Source: Minisyncoccota bacterium (GTDB taxonomy: Bacteria > Patescibacteriota > Minisyncoccia > Phycocordibacterales > DSPV01). From it: a stretch of DNA of 42,083 nucleotides. Within the stretch, counting starts at the first letter, position 1. Each line of letters starts with the position of its first letter. Of this stretch, positions 17,119-25,405 are shown in pieces. The notes beneath the pieces are model-generated. The model was not told the origin of the DNA, made no database searches, and worked only from the letters and a program-made list of their open reading frames with translations. Where the stretch lies: the NCBI GenBank assembly GCA_036517235.1, contig DATDXL010000001.1, positions 1 through 42,083 of the forward strand. Direction: 5' to 3'. A program made the translations under genes and the position numbers.

Positions 17119-18632
17119 CGCAAAAGTCTTCCTGTATTAGGGGAGCTTCTTTCTCTCCTCCTGTTCAGTCGATTAACAAGAAAAAATAGCAAAGCGTAAC
17201 TTGCTACTACAAACCATATCGATAGCGCGGGCACAGACAGAGCGGCAAAGGGAACGCTTCCAAAAAACGAGGCTAAATTTATTTCATAGTGAAGCAGGGC
17301 GTAGGCGATGAAGGCGACAGGAATTGCAAGAGACGTGTGCACAAACCCTAATACTCCTGCGAGAGCGCCGAAAAGCATCGTGATAGGAATCAAAGGTAGC
17401 ACAAGTATGTTGGAGACAAGGCCAACAAGAGAAATGGTGCCTGATAGCTCGATGAGACGGGGTAGTACAAAGATCTGGGTCGCGAATGTCGCCGCGACGA
17501 TCTGACGAATACCAAAGCGTTCGGTAAGCCGCTTAAACCATCTCTCAAAATGCGGAGAGAGGTAAATGAGACCGAGCGTCGCGAGAAAACTAAGCTGAAA
17601 CGAAGGGTCAAAGGCGAGGATTTTGGGATTGTGGACGATCATGATGAACGCTGCGAAGGCAAGTGCGCGTCGTATGTCGTAGTCGCGATGCAAAAATTTC
17701 GCGAGTATGACCAGAAGTGCCATGATGGCCGCGCGAACCGCTGTGGCAGACGATCCCGCCATAAGCGTGAACGCGAGTATCCCCACTGCGCCTGCTCCGC
17801 CGGCCAAGGCCGGCGGGAAACGACTCAAGAGCCACATGATAGCGTACGCGACGATGGTCATGTTGTAGCCAGAGAGGACAATCACATGAACCAATCCGGA
17901 ACGTCTAAAGTCTTCTGTAAGTTTGTCCCCGAGTGAATGTTTCTCGCCAAGCAGAAGTCCGCCCAGGAGCGCGCTTTCAGGCTCTGGCACAACCTTTTCT
18001 ATAGAATATAGAAACTTTGATTTGAACTGCAACAACACAGCGACAATCGGATTCCTCTCTCCATGCAATATGATTTCGATCTTTGGACGGAATATCTCAA
18101 AGTAAATGCCGTCTTTGGCAAGATACGAGCGGTAGTCGAATATCCTTCCTGTGTCTGTCTCAAAATTTTCCGGTTCTTGGAGAACTCCCGACAACTTGAT
18201 GCGGTCGCCATAGGAATATGATTCAAAACGGTCGACAGACACGCGAATGCGGTCTGAAACTGAAAATCCTTGGTTCCGAGCAGAGACTTTTTCTAAATCA
18301 ATGGTGAGAAACGAAAGAGTCTCACGTTCGTCAATCTCTTTTGAGATAATTCCCTCCGCCGAAATCCTCTCGCCAACGAATTCAGTCAAAGCAAGTGTCT
18401 GCGGTTCACTCAACTCGTATCGCGCAACCCCGCCGACAGAGGCAACCAGCGCGAGTGGGACTACGAAGAGCGCCGCACTTGCGCGCGGCGCAACAAGAAT
18501 CGTATAGAGTACAAGCGCAGCCGCGATAAGAAGAATGGTCAGCGCGACAGAGAAACTTACGTAGAGGAAAGAACGTACAAAGACCCCGATTGCAAAACTT
18601 ACAACCACAATTGCGAACCTGTTCCCCTGCAT
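17115..18632 (-). CDS. comEC: ComEC/Rec2 DNA-internalisation channel protein (competence domain only)
   Basis: 505 aa, polytopic, with LLGGLLLGEKHSL..DFRRSGLVHVIVLSGYNMTIV typical of the ComEC competence domain. No MBL domain in this ORF. Confidence 0.85.
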   Translation of the reverse strand: MQGNRFAIVVVSFAIGVFVRSFLYVSFSVALTILLIAAALVLYTILVAPRASAALFVVPLALVASVGGVARYELSEPQTLALTEFVGERISAEGIISKEIDERETLSFLTIDLEKVSARNQGFSVSDRIRVSVDRFESYSYGDRIKLSGVLQEPENFETDTGRIFDYRSYLAKDGIYFEIFRPKIEIILHGERNPIVAVLLQFKSKFLYSIEKVVPEPESALLGGLLLGEKHSLGDKLTEDFRRSGLVHVIVLSGYNMTIVAYAIMWLLSRFPPALAGGAGAVGILAFTLMAGSSATAVRAAIMALLVILAKFLHRDYDIRRALAFAAFIMIVHNPKILAFDPSFQLSFLATLGLIYLSPHFERWFKRLTERFGIRQIVAATFATQIFVLPRLIELSGTISLVGLVSNILVLPLIPITMLFGALAGVLGFVHTSLAIPVAFIAYALLHYEINLASFFGSVPFAALSVPALSIWFVVASYALLFFLVNRLNRRRERSSPNTGRLLR

Positions 18633-18634
18633 TA

Positions 18635-19375
18635 TTATCTACTACTGAATTCAGCTATGAGAGCCTTTTCTTCGGAATGAGACATCGCTTTTTTATATCG
18701 CGCTTTCTTTCCTTTCACGCGAGCTTCGCACTCTTTCCACGTCTTATGCGTTTGTACGACTCCGTCAACACGGGAAACGTAGGAATAGGCTTCGCCTCGT
18801 CTGCGCGTACTGCCTTCGCGCGCGCCGATGACTGAAAGATCAAGAGGATATTGTGCGCGCAGACCTGAATAGAGCTTCGGTTTTTCACCGTCTCCAAACG
18901 CGCTGGCGATTTCATCGGCACGTGCATTACCCGGAGTGTCGGCATGACCGGTAACTTTCTTCCACTCGATATGCTTCCCTGTAACAAGACCATTGAGCGA
19001 TTCCCATAAGTCCCTGTTCTCGACTTCTTTCTTCGTGGAAGTTATCCAACCGTTCCTCTTCCAACCATGCACCCACTTGGTGATGCCATTGATGAGGTGG
19101 GTTGAGTCGGAATAAATCCTAAGCTTGGGGCTTAGAGCTTGGGGCTTAGAGCTTTTTAGTAGGTCAGGGATGCCTTCAAGGGCTTTTATCGCAGCGGTCA
19201 GTTCCATCCTGTTGTTTGTTGTGTGCTCTTGCCTACCGCCCAGTTCAATGACTTTTTCTCCCAAGCTTTCAGCACTAAGCCCTAAGCTAAAAGCTATGAC
19301 TACTCCCCATCCGCCAGGACCGGGGTTTCCTTTTGACGCACCGTCGGTGAATATAAGAATAGAATCCTGAATCAT
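18635..19375 (-). CDS. rnhA: Ribonuclease HI with a C-terminal hybrid-binding (Cauli_VI-like) domain
   Basis: 246 aa from the ATG at 19375. Motifs present: IFTDGASKGNPGPGGWG, TNNRMELTAAIKALE, YSDSTHLINGITKWVHGWKRNGW and GHADTPGNARADE. The C-terminal YSYV..HKTWKECEARVKGKKARYKK is like the RNase H1 duplex-binding domain. Confidence 0.85.
   Translation of the reverse strand: MIQDSILIFTDGASKGNPGPGGWGVVIAFSLGLSAESLGEKVIELGGRQEHTTNNRMELTAAIKALEGIPDLLKSSKPQALSPKLRIYSDSTHLINGITKWVHGWKRNGWITSTKKEVENRDLWESLNGLVTGKHIEWKKVTGHADTPGNARADEIASAFGDGEKPKLYSGLRAQYPLDLSVIGAREGSTRRRGEAYSYVSRVDGVVQTHKTWKECEARVKGKKARYKKAMSHSEEKALIAEFSSR
19123..19154. repeat. Tandem 14-nt repeat (AGCTTGGGGCTTAG x2.3) inside rnhA
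   Basis: Two exact units and a partial third. An inverted near-copy, CTAAGCCCTAAGCT, lies at 19275..19288, and a 12/14 match at 31606. Confidence 0.7.
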
Positions 19376-19409
19376 AAATAAAGAATCGCGAATAAGAGCA
19401 TTATAACTC

Positions 19410-19440
19410 AAAAAGAAAACCCCGAGGTTGAACCTCGGGG
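19410..19440 (-). terminator. Intrinsic terminator after the 19461..19679 gene
   Basis: CCCCGAGG-ttgaa-CCTCGGGG with TTTTCTTTTT on the minus strand. The stem sequence is the same as at 5818..5838. Confidence 0.7.
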
Positions 19441-19460
19441 TTTGATGAGCGCAGAACAGG

Positions 19461-19679
19461 TCAATGTTCCACACCCTTCACATAGCCAAGCCCCCAGCAA
19501 AAGGCACCCGCAATTAAGAGCCACGGCAATATCTCGAAAAGTGATGTGACCGATGCCCAAGGATACCACCACTCTATTCCTTCGTTGGAATAGACGTAGA
19601 GATTACTCAGAGACATTCCTCCCGCTATGCAAAAAATCACAAAAGCGAGAAGTAAAAATATCAGTCCAGCTGTACGCAT
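19461..19679 (-). CDS. Small membrane protein (72 aa, 2 transmembrane segments)
   Basis: Hydrophobic ORF with an ATG start and a terminator downstream. Confidence 0.45.
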   Translation of the reverse strand: MRTAGLIFLLLAFVIFCIAGGMSLSNLYVYSNEGIEWWYPWASVTSLFEILPWLLIAGAFCWGLGYVKGVEH

Positions 19680-19728
19680 AAAGAACTCCTTTCGTTAAGT
19701 ACCACATCACAATAGCAACTTCATGCTA

Positions 19729-19760
19729 AAAAGAAAACACGCCCTCCGAGAGAGCGTGTG
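19729..19760 (-). terminator. Intrinsic terminator after the 19767..20375 gene
   Basis: ACACGC-C-CTC ... GAG-A-GCGTGT hairpin followed by TTTTCTTTT on the minus strand. Confidence 0.6.
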
Positions 19761-19766
19761 AGAAAT

Positions 19767-20375
19767 CTACGTGGAAACCGGAACTGGAACCCCACATGCA
19801 ATTGCCCGTTCTTTTACCTCCTCTTTCACGGTGTTGCCATGAAGATACTTGAGGCTATCGAGGGCAACTTCCCGCACTTTCATTGAGTCTTCTGCCCACC
19901 GTCGGATATGTTCCCAGAATTTCTCGGGATACTCAGACGGCATCATCTTCAAAAACGACTCGTCGGTGATTCTACGGATCACCGAGTTGGTGCAAGAAAA
20001 CGCCCAGCGAATGTGGTCATTAGGCGGACGCTCAAACTCCATCGTTTGGAAAAACCACCGACCCCGCTCCAAGTTGGTTCCATCACCAACGCGCCTAAGA
20101 AGTAACTGAGTGTAGGAAACCTTCAACGCAATGTGCGAACCGGATCGCTGAATGGACGATAGCGTAACCGGTATTCCGTAGACGAAGTCGTCGCATGACA
20201 ACGATCCGTCCATCAAAACCTGTTCAGGAACAATCTTCAGTGTTACCACTTCTTCCCCTATGTCCTCTGTCCACGCGCGAAAAAGATAGTGGTCAAGGTG
20301 TTTGAACGACAAGTGCGGCACTGCCGCACCGATAACCGCGAGTGCATACTGCAGGGAGAATTTGGACGTATCCAT
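19767..20375 (-). CDS. Hypothetical protein (202 aa)
   Basis: Clean ATG ORF flanked by a terminator. No recognisable motif. Confidence 0.5.
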   Translation of the reverse strand: MDTSKFSLQYALAVIGAAVPHLSFKHLDHYLFRAWTEDIGEEVVTLKIVPEQVLMDGSLSCDDFVYGIPVTLSSIQRSGSHIALKVSYTQLLLRRVGDGTNLERGRWFFQTMEFERPPNDHIRWAFSCTNSVIRRITDESFLKMMPSEYPEKFWEHIRRWAEDSMKVREVALDSLKYLHGNTVKEEVKERAIACGVPVPVST

Positions 20376-20544
20376 ATCTCGTATTCCTTTCTTGTTGATT
20401 TGTTTGTGTTGAACTCTTGCGCTTTTAGGACGTATCCCTCAAGGCAGAACCTAACCAACACTACTATCTAATCAAGCAATGCAATGATCCGTAACCGCTT
20501 CCCCAATTTCCTCTATACATGGGTATAGAGCATAGCACCAACAT

Positions 20545-20566
20545 ACGTTATATCTTAGCTATAGCA
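20545..20566. repeat. Left inverted repeat bracketing the PaaX-like gene (ACGTTA-n6-AGCTATAGCA)
   Basis: Its inverted partner TGCTATAGCT-n6-TAACGT is at 21172..21193. 16 of 22 positions match. Confidence 0.55.
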
Positions 20567-20592
20567 TAATTTATGCGTATTGAAACTCCAAA

Positions 20593-21159
20593 TTATCTAA
20601 GTCCGAAACGAGAACGTATAGGTTGGTCATACTCCAGTGATTCAACAACCATGTACAGCAGATCTCTCCCTATTTTAAAATCAGCCTTTAGAAGGGAGAT
20701 GAGGTCTTCGCAATCATAGGGGTAAATCCATACGCTGTCTTGGAGACGAGCAAAACCAATTGCTATCAATGTCGTACGCACTTTCTCTCGGAGAGGCTTT
20801 CGTTTCTCTGGGATATCAAAGATGAGAACCCGCCATTTGCCATCCCATCGCCTTGGTTTCTTTATTTGATAATCCATTAGTTCAAGCTGGCGGAGTTTCG
20901 TCTTGCCTTTAGAGGTAAGACAAAGAAATTTCCCCTCATACTTGAGTAACCCTTTCGCTATCATCCTGTTACGAGAAACTGTAATAAATTCCCTCTGTCT
21001 CTTGGAAGGAAGAAGTCCGAGTTTTGCTAAAGCTCCTAAAACATTAGGCGCCACCAGCCCCACGCTAAGAACACCTGCGGCTGCCACGCTTCCGAGAATT
21101 ATCTTCTGCAGATTCTTTCTCCTGCTCCGTTTATAAGATTTCCACTCTAATTTACCCAT
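20593..21159 (-). CDS. PaaX-like (Cas2/VapD-fold C-terminal domain) putative transcriptional regulator
   Basis: 188 aa. WDGKWRVLIFDIPEKRKPLREKVRTTLIAIGFARLQDSVWIYP matches the PaaX-type W.G.W..(V/L)..(F/Y).IPE..R..R pattern. There is one transmembrane-like N-terminal segment. Confidence 0.45.
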   Translation of the reverse strand: MGKLEWKSYKRSRRKNLQKIILGSVAAAGVLSVGLVAPNVLGALAKLGLLPSKRQREFITVSRNRMIAKGLLKYEGKFLCLTSKGKTKLRQLELMDYQIKKPRRWDGKWRVLIFDIPEKRKPLREKVRTTLIAIGFARLQDSVWIYPYDCEDLISLLKADFKIGRDLLYMVVESLEYDQPIRSRFGLR

Positions 21160-21171
21160 ACGTTTACTTAC

Positions 21172-21193
21172 TGCTATAGCTATAAATTAACGT
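21172..21193. repeat. Right inverted repeat bracketing the PaaX-like gene
   Basis: TGCTATAGCTataaatTAACGT, 13 nt upstream of the gene start. It is the partner of 20545..20566. Confidence 0.55.
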
Positions 21194-21269
21194 GTTGGGA
21201 ATCTAAGAGCAACTACCCGCTCTCTTCTCCATTCTCCCCCTGATTCCCTATTCCTTGGTGCAAGGTATA

Positions 21270-22979
21270 TTAAACTATCTCCACGATTCGCAAGCGTAAC
21301 TCGGTGCGGCCGCCGAAAGAAGATTGTTCAAGTGACGCGAGCATAGAAATGATACTTCCTTCCTGCGGCGGTTCGGCGGTTGTGAAGAACTGGATTGCTT
21401 TAATAGTACTTTCATTAGAGCGCGGCAGGTGAATTTCAAGATGATTGTTCTCTTTGCCGAACCGCCGCGCCGATTTCACCGACAAATTCTCAAAAAGAAA
21501 GACGGGTTTTGGGTTGCTGTGACCGAATGGCGCAAGCTGTGAAATTTGCATATAGAAATCCCTCGTAACCTCGTCGGGAGAAAGTCTCCAATCTGCGACC
21601 CCCATGCTACCCGGGGAATCGGTAACTTCAACTTTCTCGCGCGCCGCTCTAAGTGTCTCTTCAAGTGTATGTATCTTCTCCGATTCCACCGTAAAACCGC
21701 CCGAGAATGCGTGACCACCGTATTCCACAAATGCCCCCGATGCGGCTTGCATAAGTTCCATAAGATTCACTCGTCCGTCAGATCGGCAAGAACCTTTTAT
21801 CGCACCATCTCCGTCTCGACCCCATAAAAATACCGGGCATGCGTGTTCCCCCGCAAGCGTGTTCGCGGCAAGACCCAGGAGCGCCGGGCGCCAGAGAGGA
21901 TTACCTATCACGATGACACTAGGATTCTGGTACCGCTCAGCGACAATCTTCTTTATCTCACGCACAAGACTTCCCACCATTCCCTTCCGCTCGTTGTTGA
22001 GATGTAACAGTTCGTCCACCGCATCTCCTGCCTCGACTTCGTCGTCCGTAGAAAGCAGGCGGAATGCCACGTCAGCAGAACCGAGACGTGATGCGGCATT
22101 CAATTTCGGCGTCAGGGAAAAAGAAATATCTTCTTCATTGAGCTGTCGCTGGTTCATCCCACTTTTGCGAAACATCTTTTGCAGTCCGGGACGTGGTGAT
22201 TTCCGAAGCACCAGAAGACCGTAGCGGGCAAATACTCTGTTTTCTCCGACAAGCGGTACCATGTCCGAGAGCGTTGCGATACCAACAAGATCCAAGAGCC
22301 ATTTTTCCCAACCGATGGGTGGAAGGGTAAAGGGTGTAGGGTTTAGGATAGTAGCACGACGCATCAGCCCCTGAACAAGTTTGAATGCAACGCCCGCACC
22401 ACAGAGCTCTTTGAATGGATACGCACACCCTTTCTGCTTGGGGTCAAGCACAGCGAATGCTTTTGGTGTACCTTCCGGTCCGGGCTCATGGTGATCTGTG
22501 ATAATTGTCTCTATCCCAAGTTTTTTTGCGTGAGCGACTTCGGCCACATCGGCAATACCACAATCTACCGTTATCATCAATGTCGCTCCCTCGCGTGTGA
22601 ATCTCTCTATCGCCTCGCTGTTGAGACCAAAACCCTCATCGTGTCTATGTGGCACATAGTTTGAAAAATTTTTATGACCAACTTTTTTAAAAAAATCATG
22701 CAACAGCACTCCGCCCGGCACTCCATCAGCATCGTAGTCGCTGAAAATAACAATTTTCTCTTTGTTTCTAATTGCCGAGAGAACACGCTCAACTGCTTCT
22801 TCCATCCCCTTCATCAGAAACGGGTCGTGGGTATGCTTATCGTAGTCGGGATTGAGAAACTCTGTAGCACTACCTGCATCAGCAACTCCACGGTGGTAGA
22901 GCAAGTGCCTCAACAGCTCCGGATATTCCGCGAATACGCTCTGAATGTCGTCCGGGATTGGTTTACGTAACGTGGGCAT
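21270..22979 (-). CDS. recJ: Single-stranded-DNA-specific exonuclease RecJ
   Basis: 569 aa with DHH-family motifs (IFSDYDADGV, TVDCG, ITDHHEP) and a DHHA1-type GGHAFSGG. Confidence 0.9.
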   Translation of the reverse strand: MPTLRKPIPDDIQSVFAEYPELLRHLLYHRGVADAGSATEFLNPDYDKHTHDPFLMKGMEEAVERVLSAIRNKEKIVIFSDYDADGVPGGVLLHDFFKKVGHKNFSNYVPHRHDEGFGLNSEAIERFTREGATLMITVDCGIADVAEVAHAKKLGIETIITDHHEPGPEGTPKAFAVLDPKQKGCAYPFKELCGAGVAFKLVQGLMRRATILNPTPFTLPPIGWEKWLLDLVGIATLSDMVPLVGENRVFARYGLLVLRKSPRPGLQKMFRKSGMNQRQLNEEDISFSLTPKLNAASRLGSADVAFRLLSTDDEVEAGDAVDELLHLNNERKGMVGSLVREIKKIVAERYQNPSVIVIGNPLWRPALLGLAANTLAGEHACPVFLWGRDGDGAIKGSCRSDGRVNLMELMQAASGAFVEYGGHAFSGGFTVESEKIHTLEETLRAAREKVEVTDSPGSMGVADWRLSPDEVTRDFYMQISQLAPFGHSNPKPVFLFENLSVKSARRFGKENNHLEIHLPRSNESTIKAIQFFTTAEPPQEGSIISMLASLEQSSFGGRTELRLRIVEIV

Positions 22980-23044
22980 GACAAAAGTGTAGCACAGTAA
23001 CGCTCATTGACACTTCAGAAAATACTGATAAGGTTTTACATAGA

Positions 23045-23572
23045 ATGAAACTCAAAACAAGCTTCAGAAAAGGTGGGAACGCAAGTGCATTACCCCTCCT
23101 CAACGAAATCGAAGCAATGATTCCGCCGGTGTGGCTCAATGTTTTGACGGATATCGAGATAACCGTTGTTCCATCACACAGCATGCCAAAACCCTCCCGA
23201 GCTGTCTGGGGTATCGGCGCACGAAACCTAGAGCAGAAAAATTAGTCGATCAAAGCTATCGAGGTGAAAACCTTTCGTCCCAGCACGATCCGGGTATTTC
23301 TCTTAGAACGGGTCGGCGGAGAAGAAGACCGAGTATTTCAGGTCGACCTTGTGTCTACCTGGCTCACCTGCACCTTCATCGCAAAAAAGCACGTGAAAGA
23401 GGTGTGCGATAAGATCGCTTCGGAGCACGATATCCATAACGGCAAACGACTTGGTGTTCTTCGAAAGATTTTACCGGAGTTCCTGGTCAATCCCGAGGTT
23501 GCTAAGGGACAGTTTCCCGAATTCACCGAATTCTTCAATGCTCTTAGCGAGGAGATGAAAAAATTTGCGTAA
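23045..23572 (+). pseudogene. Hypothetical gene interrupted by a single in-frame TAG (23045..23245 plus 23264..23572, same frame)
   Basis: Both ORFs are in the same frame and separated only by ...AAA AAT TAG TCG ATC.... The second part has no ATG or SD of its own. A TTGACA-n16-TAAGGT promoter-like site precedes 23045. Confidence 0.35.
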
Positions 23573-23588
23573 CCTCTCTTCGCGCAAA

Positions 23589-23616
23589 AGCGGCCTTCGG
23601 GTCGCTTTTTCTTTTC
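23589..23616 (+). terminator. Intrinsic terminator after the 23264..23572 ORF
   Basis: AGCGGCC-ttcg-GGTCGCT followed by TTTTTCTTTT. Confidence 0.65.
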
Positions 23617-23726
23617 TAGGCACTTGCATGACTGCAAACATCACAATTGACATTCTTCTTTGGCAAGAGTAGAAATGGTTTAGAAAAACAACGCTGGCAA
23701 CTTCCAACCAAGAAAGGAAATCGAAT

Positions 23727-24254
23727 ATGGAACATTTCGCAGGAAAATTCTTCCTCGTAACCCGTTACTCAATCTTCCGCATCAGCATTCCTGACGACCT
23801 TAGAACCAGCCCGGAAGTCATGAAAGTGGCTCTCCGCCATACTGGGAAAGACCTCGAAGTTCCCGTGGGAGGAGTCCTCCAGGGAGGTTTCTACCTTGCT
23901 ATCACCGGCCTTCCGGATGTCGGAATGCGAAAGTACCGCATGTGCCGCCACCAGCGGGAACCGGTTGCGGAAGCACCAAAACAAATAGGTGAAATCAAAA
24001 AGTCGCTGCGCGGTACAAAGACGTGGGGAATCGTGGGTCTGTTCATGCGGCGATCGGATGCTGAGGCATGTTTCGAAACAACGCACCAAAAGATCTTCGA
24101 TCCACGGTGGGCAGTGAATACAACCGAGGTTCTCAAGCGGATCGGAATGGATCATCCCCTCATAACCATTTCAACCGAAGGGGAGTTCGCGATTCCCAGT
24201 CAATTCTCCGACCTGCTTCGAACGCCTGAAGAGACGGAAAAATCCTCCAGCTGA
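23727..24254 (+). CDS. Hypothetical protein (175 aa)
   Basis: ATG ORF with AAAGGAAA upstream, a TTGACA at 23647 and a terminator downstream. No motif recognised. Confidence 0.5.
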   Translation: MEHFAGKFFLVTRYSIFRISIPDDLRTSPEVMKVALRHTGKDLEVPVGGVLQGGFYLAITGLPDVGMRKYRMCRHQREPVAEAPKQIGEIKKSLRGTKTWGIVGLFMRRSDAEACFETTHQKIFDPRWAVNTTEVLKRIGMDHPLITISTEGEFAIPSQFSDLLRTPEETEKSSS

Positions 24255-24261
24255 ACAAGTC

Positions 24262-24291
24262 ACGCCCCAGCTTTTGCTAGGGCGTTTTTTC
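24262..24291 (+). terminator. Intrinsic terminator
   Basis: ACGCCC...GGGCGT followed by TTTTTT. Confidence 0.65.
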
Positions 24292-24416
24292 TAGCAAAAA
24301 ATGTCGTTGATGCGCTATACTATTTTCACATGAAAGACCCCAAACGAAATCTGTACAAAGAACGTGTGGTGTTCAAGCAGGTTTTCTCGTCTTTAAAAGA
24401 GCATTAACCTATCGCA

Positions 24417-24797
24417 ATGACTAGTAAGATTTCTGACGGGGCAAGTTGCATATTCTGCAAAATCATAAGAGGGGAAATTCCGAGCCACAAAGTCTATGAA
24501 GACAAGGATTTTCTTGCATTCCTCGATATTCATCCGCATGCTCCAGGACACACACAGGTCATTCCCAAAAAACACGTCAGGTGGGTCTGGGACGTGGAAA
24601 ATGTAGGAAAATATTTTGAAATTGTGCGAAACATCGCGCAAGCACAGCGAAAAGCGTTTGACACCGACTGGATACTCTCAAAAATCGTCGGTGACGAAGT
24701 CCCCCATGCCCATATTTGGGTGTTTCCCAACGATAAGGTAAAAGGAGATAAGAATGATTTTGTCGGAAATGCCGAAAAAATCCACTCGGCCCTTTAA
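24417..24797 (+). CDS. HIT-family (histidine triad) protein
   Basis: 126 aa with CIFCKIIRGEIPSHKVYEDKDFLAFLDIHP and the HAHIWV histidine triad. Confidence 0.9.
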   Translation: MTSKISDGASCIFCKIIRGEIPSHKVYEDKDFLAFLDIHPHAPGHTQVIPKKHVRWVWDVENVGKYFEIVRNIAQAQRKAFDTDWILSKIVGDEVPHAHIWVFPNDKVKGDKNDFVGNAEKIHSAL

Positions 24798-24821
24798 TTC
24801 AGACTGCAAATCATTGGCAAC

Positions 24822-24849
24822 GAGTTGTTACGATATATCGTAACAACTC
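24822..24849. promoter_or_regulatory. 28-bp perfect palindrome GAGTTGTTACGATA/TATCGTAACAACTC
   Basis: Verified self-complementary. It lies 38 nt downstream of the TrpR-like gene stop and shares the core TACGATATATCGTA with 25305..25326 and 40062..40093. Confidence 0.6.
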
Positions 24850-24886
24850 TGAGAAAAAAACCATGTCAGTGTAACACCATGCCTCA

Positions 24887-25285
24887 CTAGAGTTCCTGCA
24901 GTAATTGCTTGAGTGACCTCCGTTGCGCCGTAAAGGGTATAGATGCTAACTGCAGTAGCATTTTAATAATGATTGGAGTACGCGAACGTTGTATCCATTC
25001 CATCGTTTTAGAAAATGTCCCACGCTCTACCTTCACCTGAAACCGCGCAACTGAAGACGGACTCATCTTGAGGAGACGACAGATTTTCCTCGTCGGAGCA
25101 TTCTGTTCAATAAGAAAAACTAGGGCAATTCGTTTTGCCAACATGGTACGCTCCGTAGGGGTAAGCAGTTCATTGACCAAGACGTGCCGAGTCTTATCAC
25201 TATATTCAGTGAGCAACAACGTCATCTTTTCTTCCATAGCACGAAGGGTTTGGAGATTGACCGCGTGTTTCGATACATGAGGCAT
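24887..25285 (-). CDS. TrpR/YerC-like small helix-turn-helix DNA-binding protein
   Basis: 132 aa from the ATG at 25285. LLTPTERTMLAKRIALVFLIEQNAPTRKICRLLKMSPSSVARF resembles the Trp-repressor-like YerC/YecD fold. Confidence 0.5.
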   Translation of the reverse strand: MPHVSKHAVNLQTLRAMEEKMTLLLTEYSDKTRHVLVNELLTPTERTMLAKRIALVFLIEQNAPTRKICRLLKMSPSSVARFQVKVERGTFSKTMEWIQRSRTPIIIKMLLQLASIPFTAQRRSLKQLLQEL

Positions 25286-25304
25286 AAAAAGAAAAACGAG
25301 TGAT

Positions 25305-25326
25305 TTGTTACGATATATCGTAACAA
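25305..25326. promoter_or_regulatory. 22-bp perfect palindrome TTGTTACGATA/TATCGTAACAA, candidate autoregulatory operator
   Basis: It lies 20 nt upstream of the TrpR-like gene start and has the same core as 24822..24849. Confidence 0.6.
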
Positions 25327-25405
25327 GCCAGTCGTAAAAGCACAACGTGCCGGTAACAACATCGCAAGGTTTTAGGTAATCGCGAAGGAAAATACCGCAG
25401 AAAGG

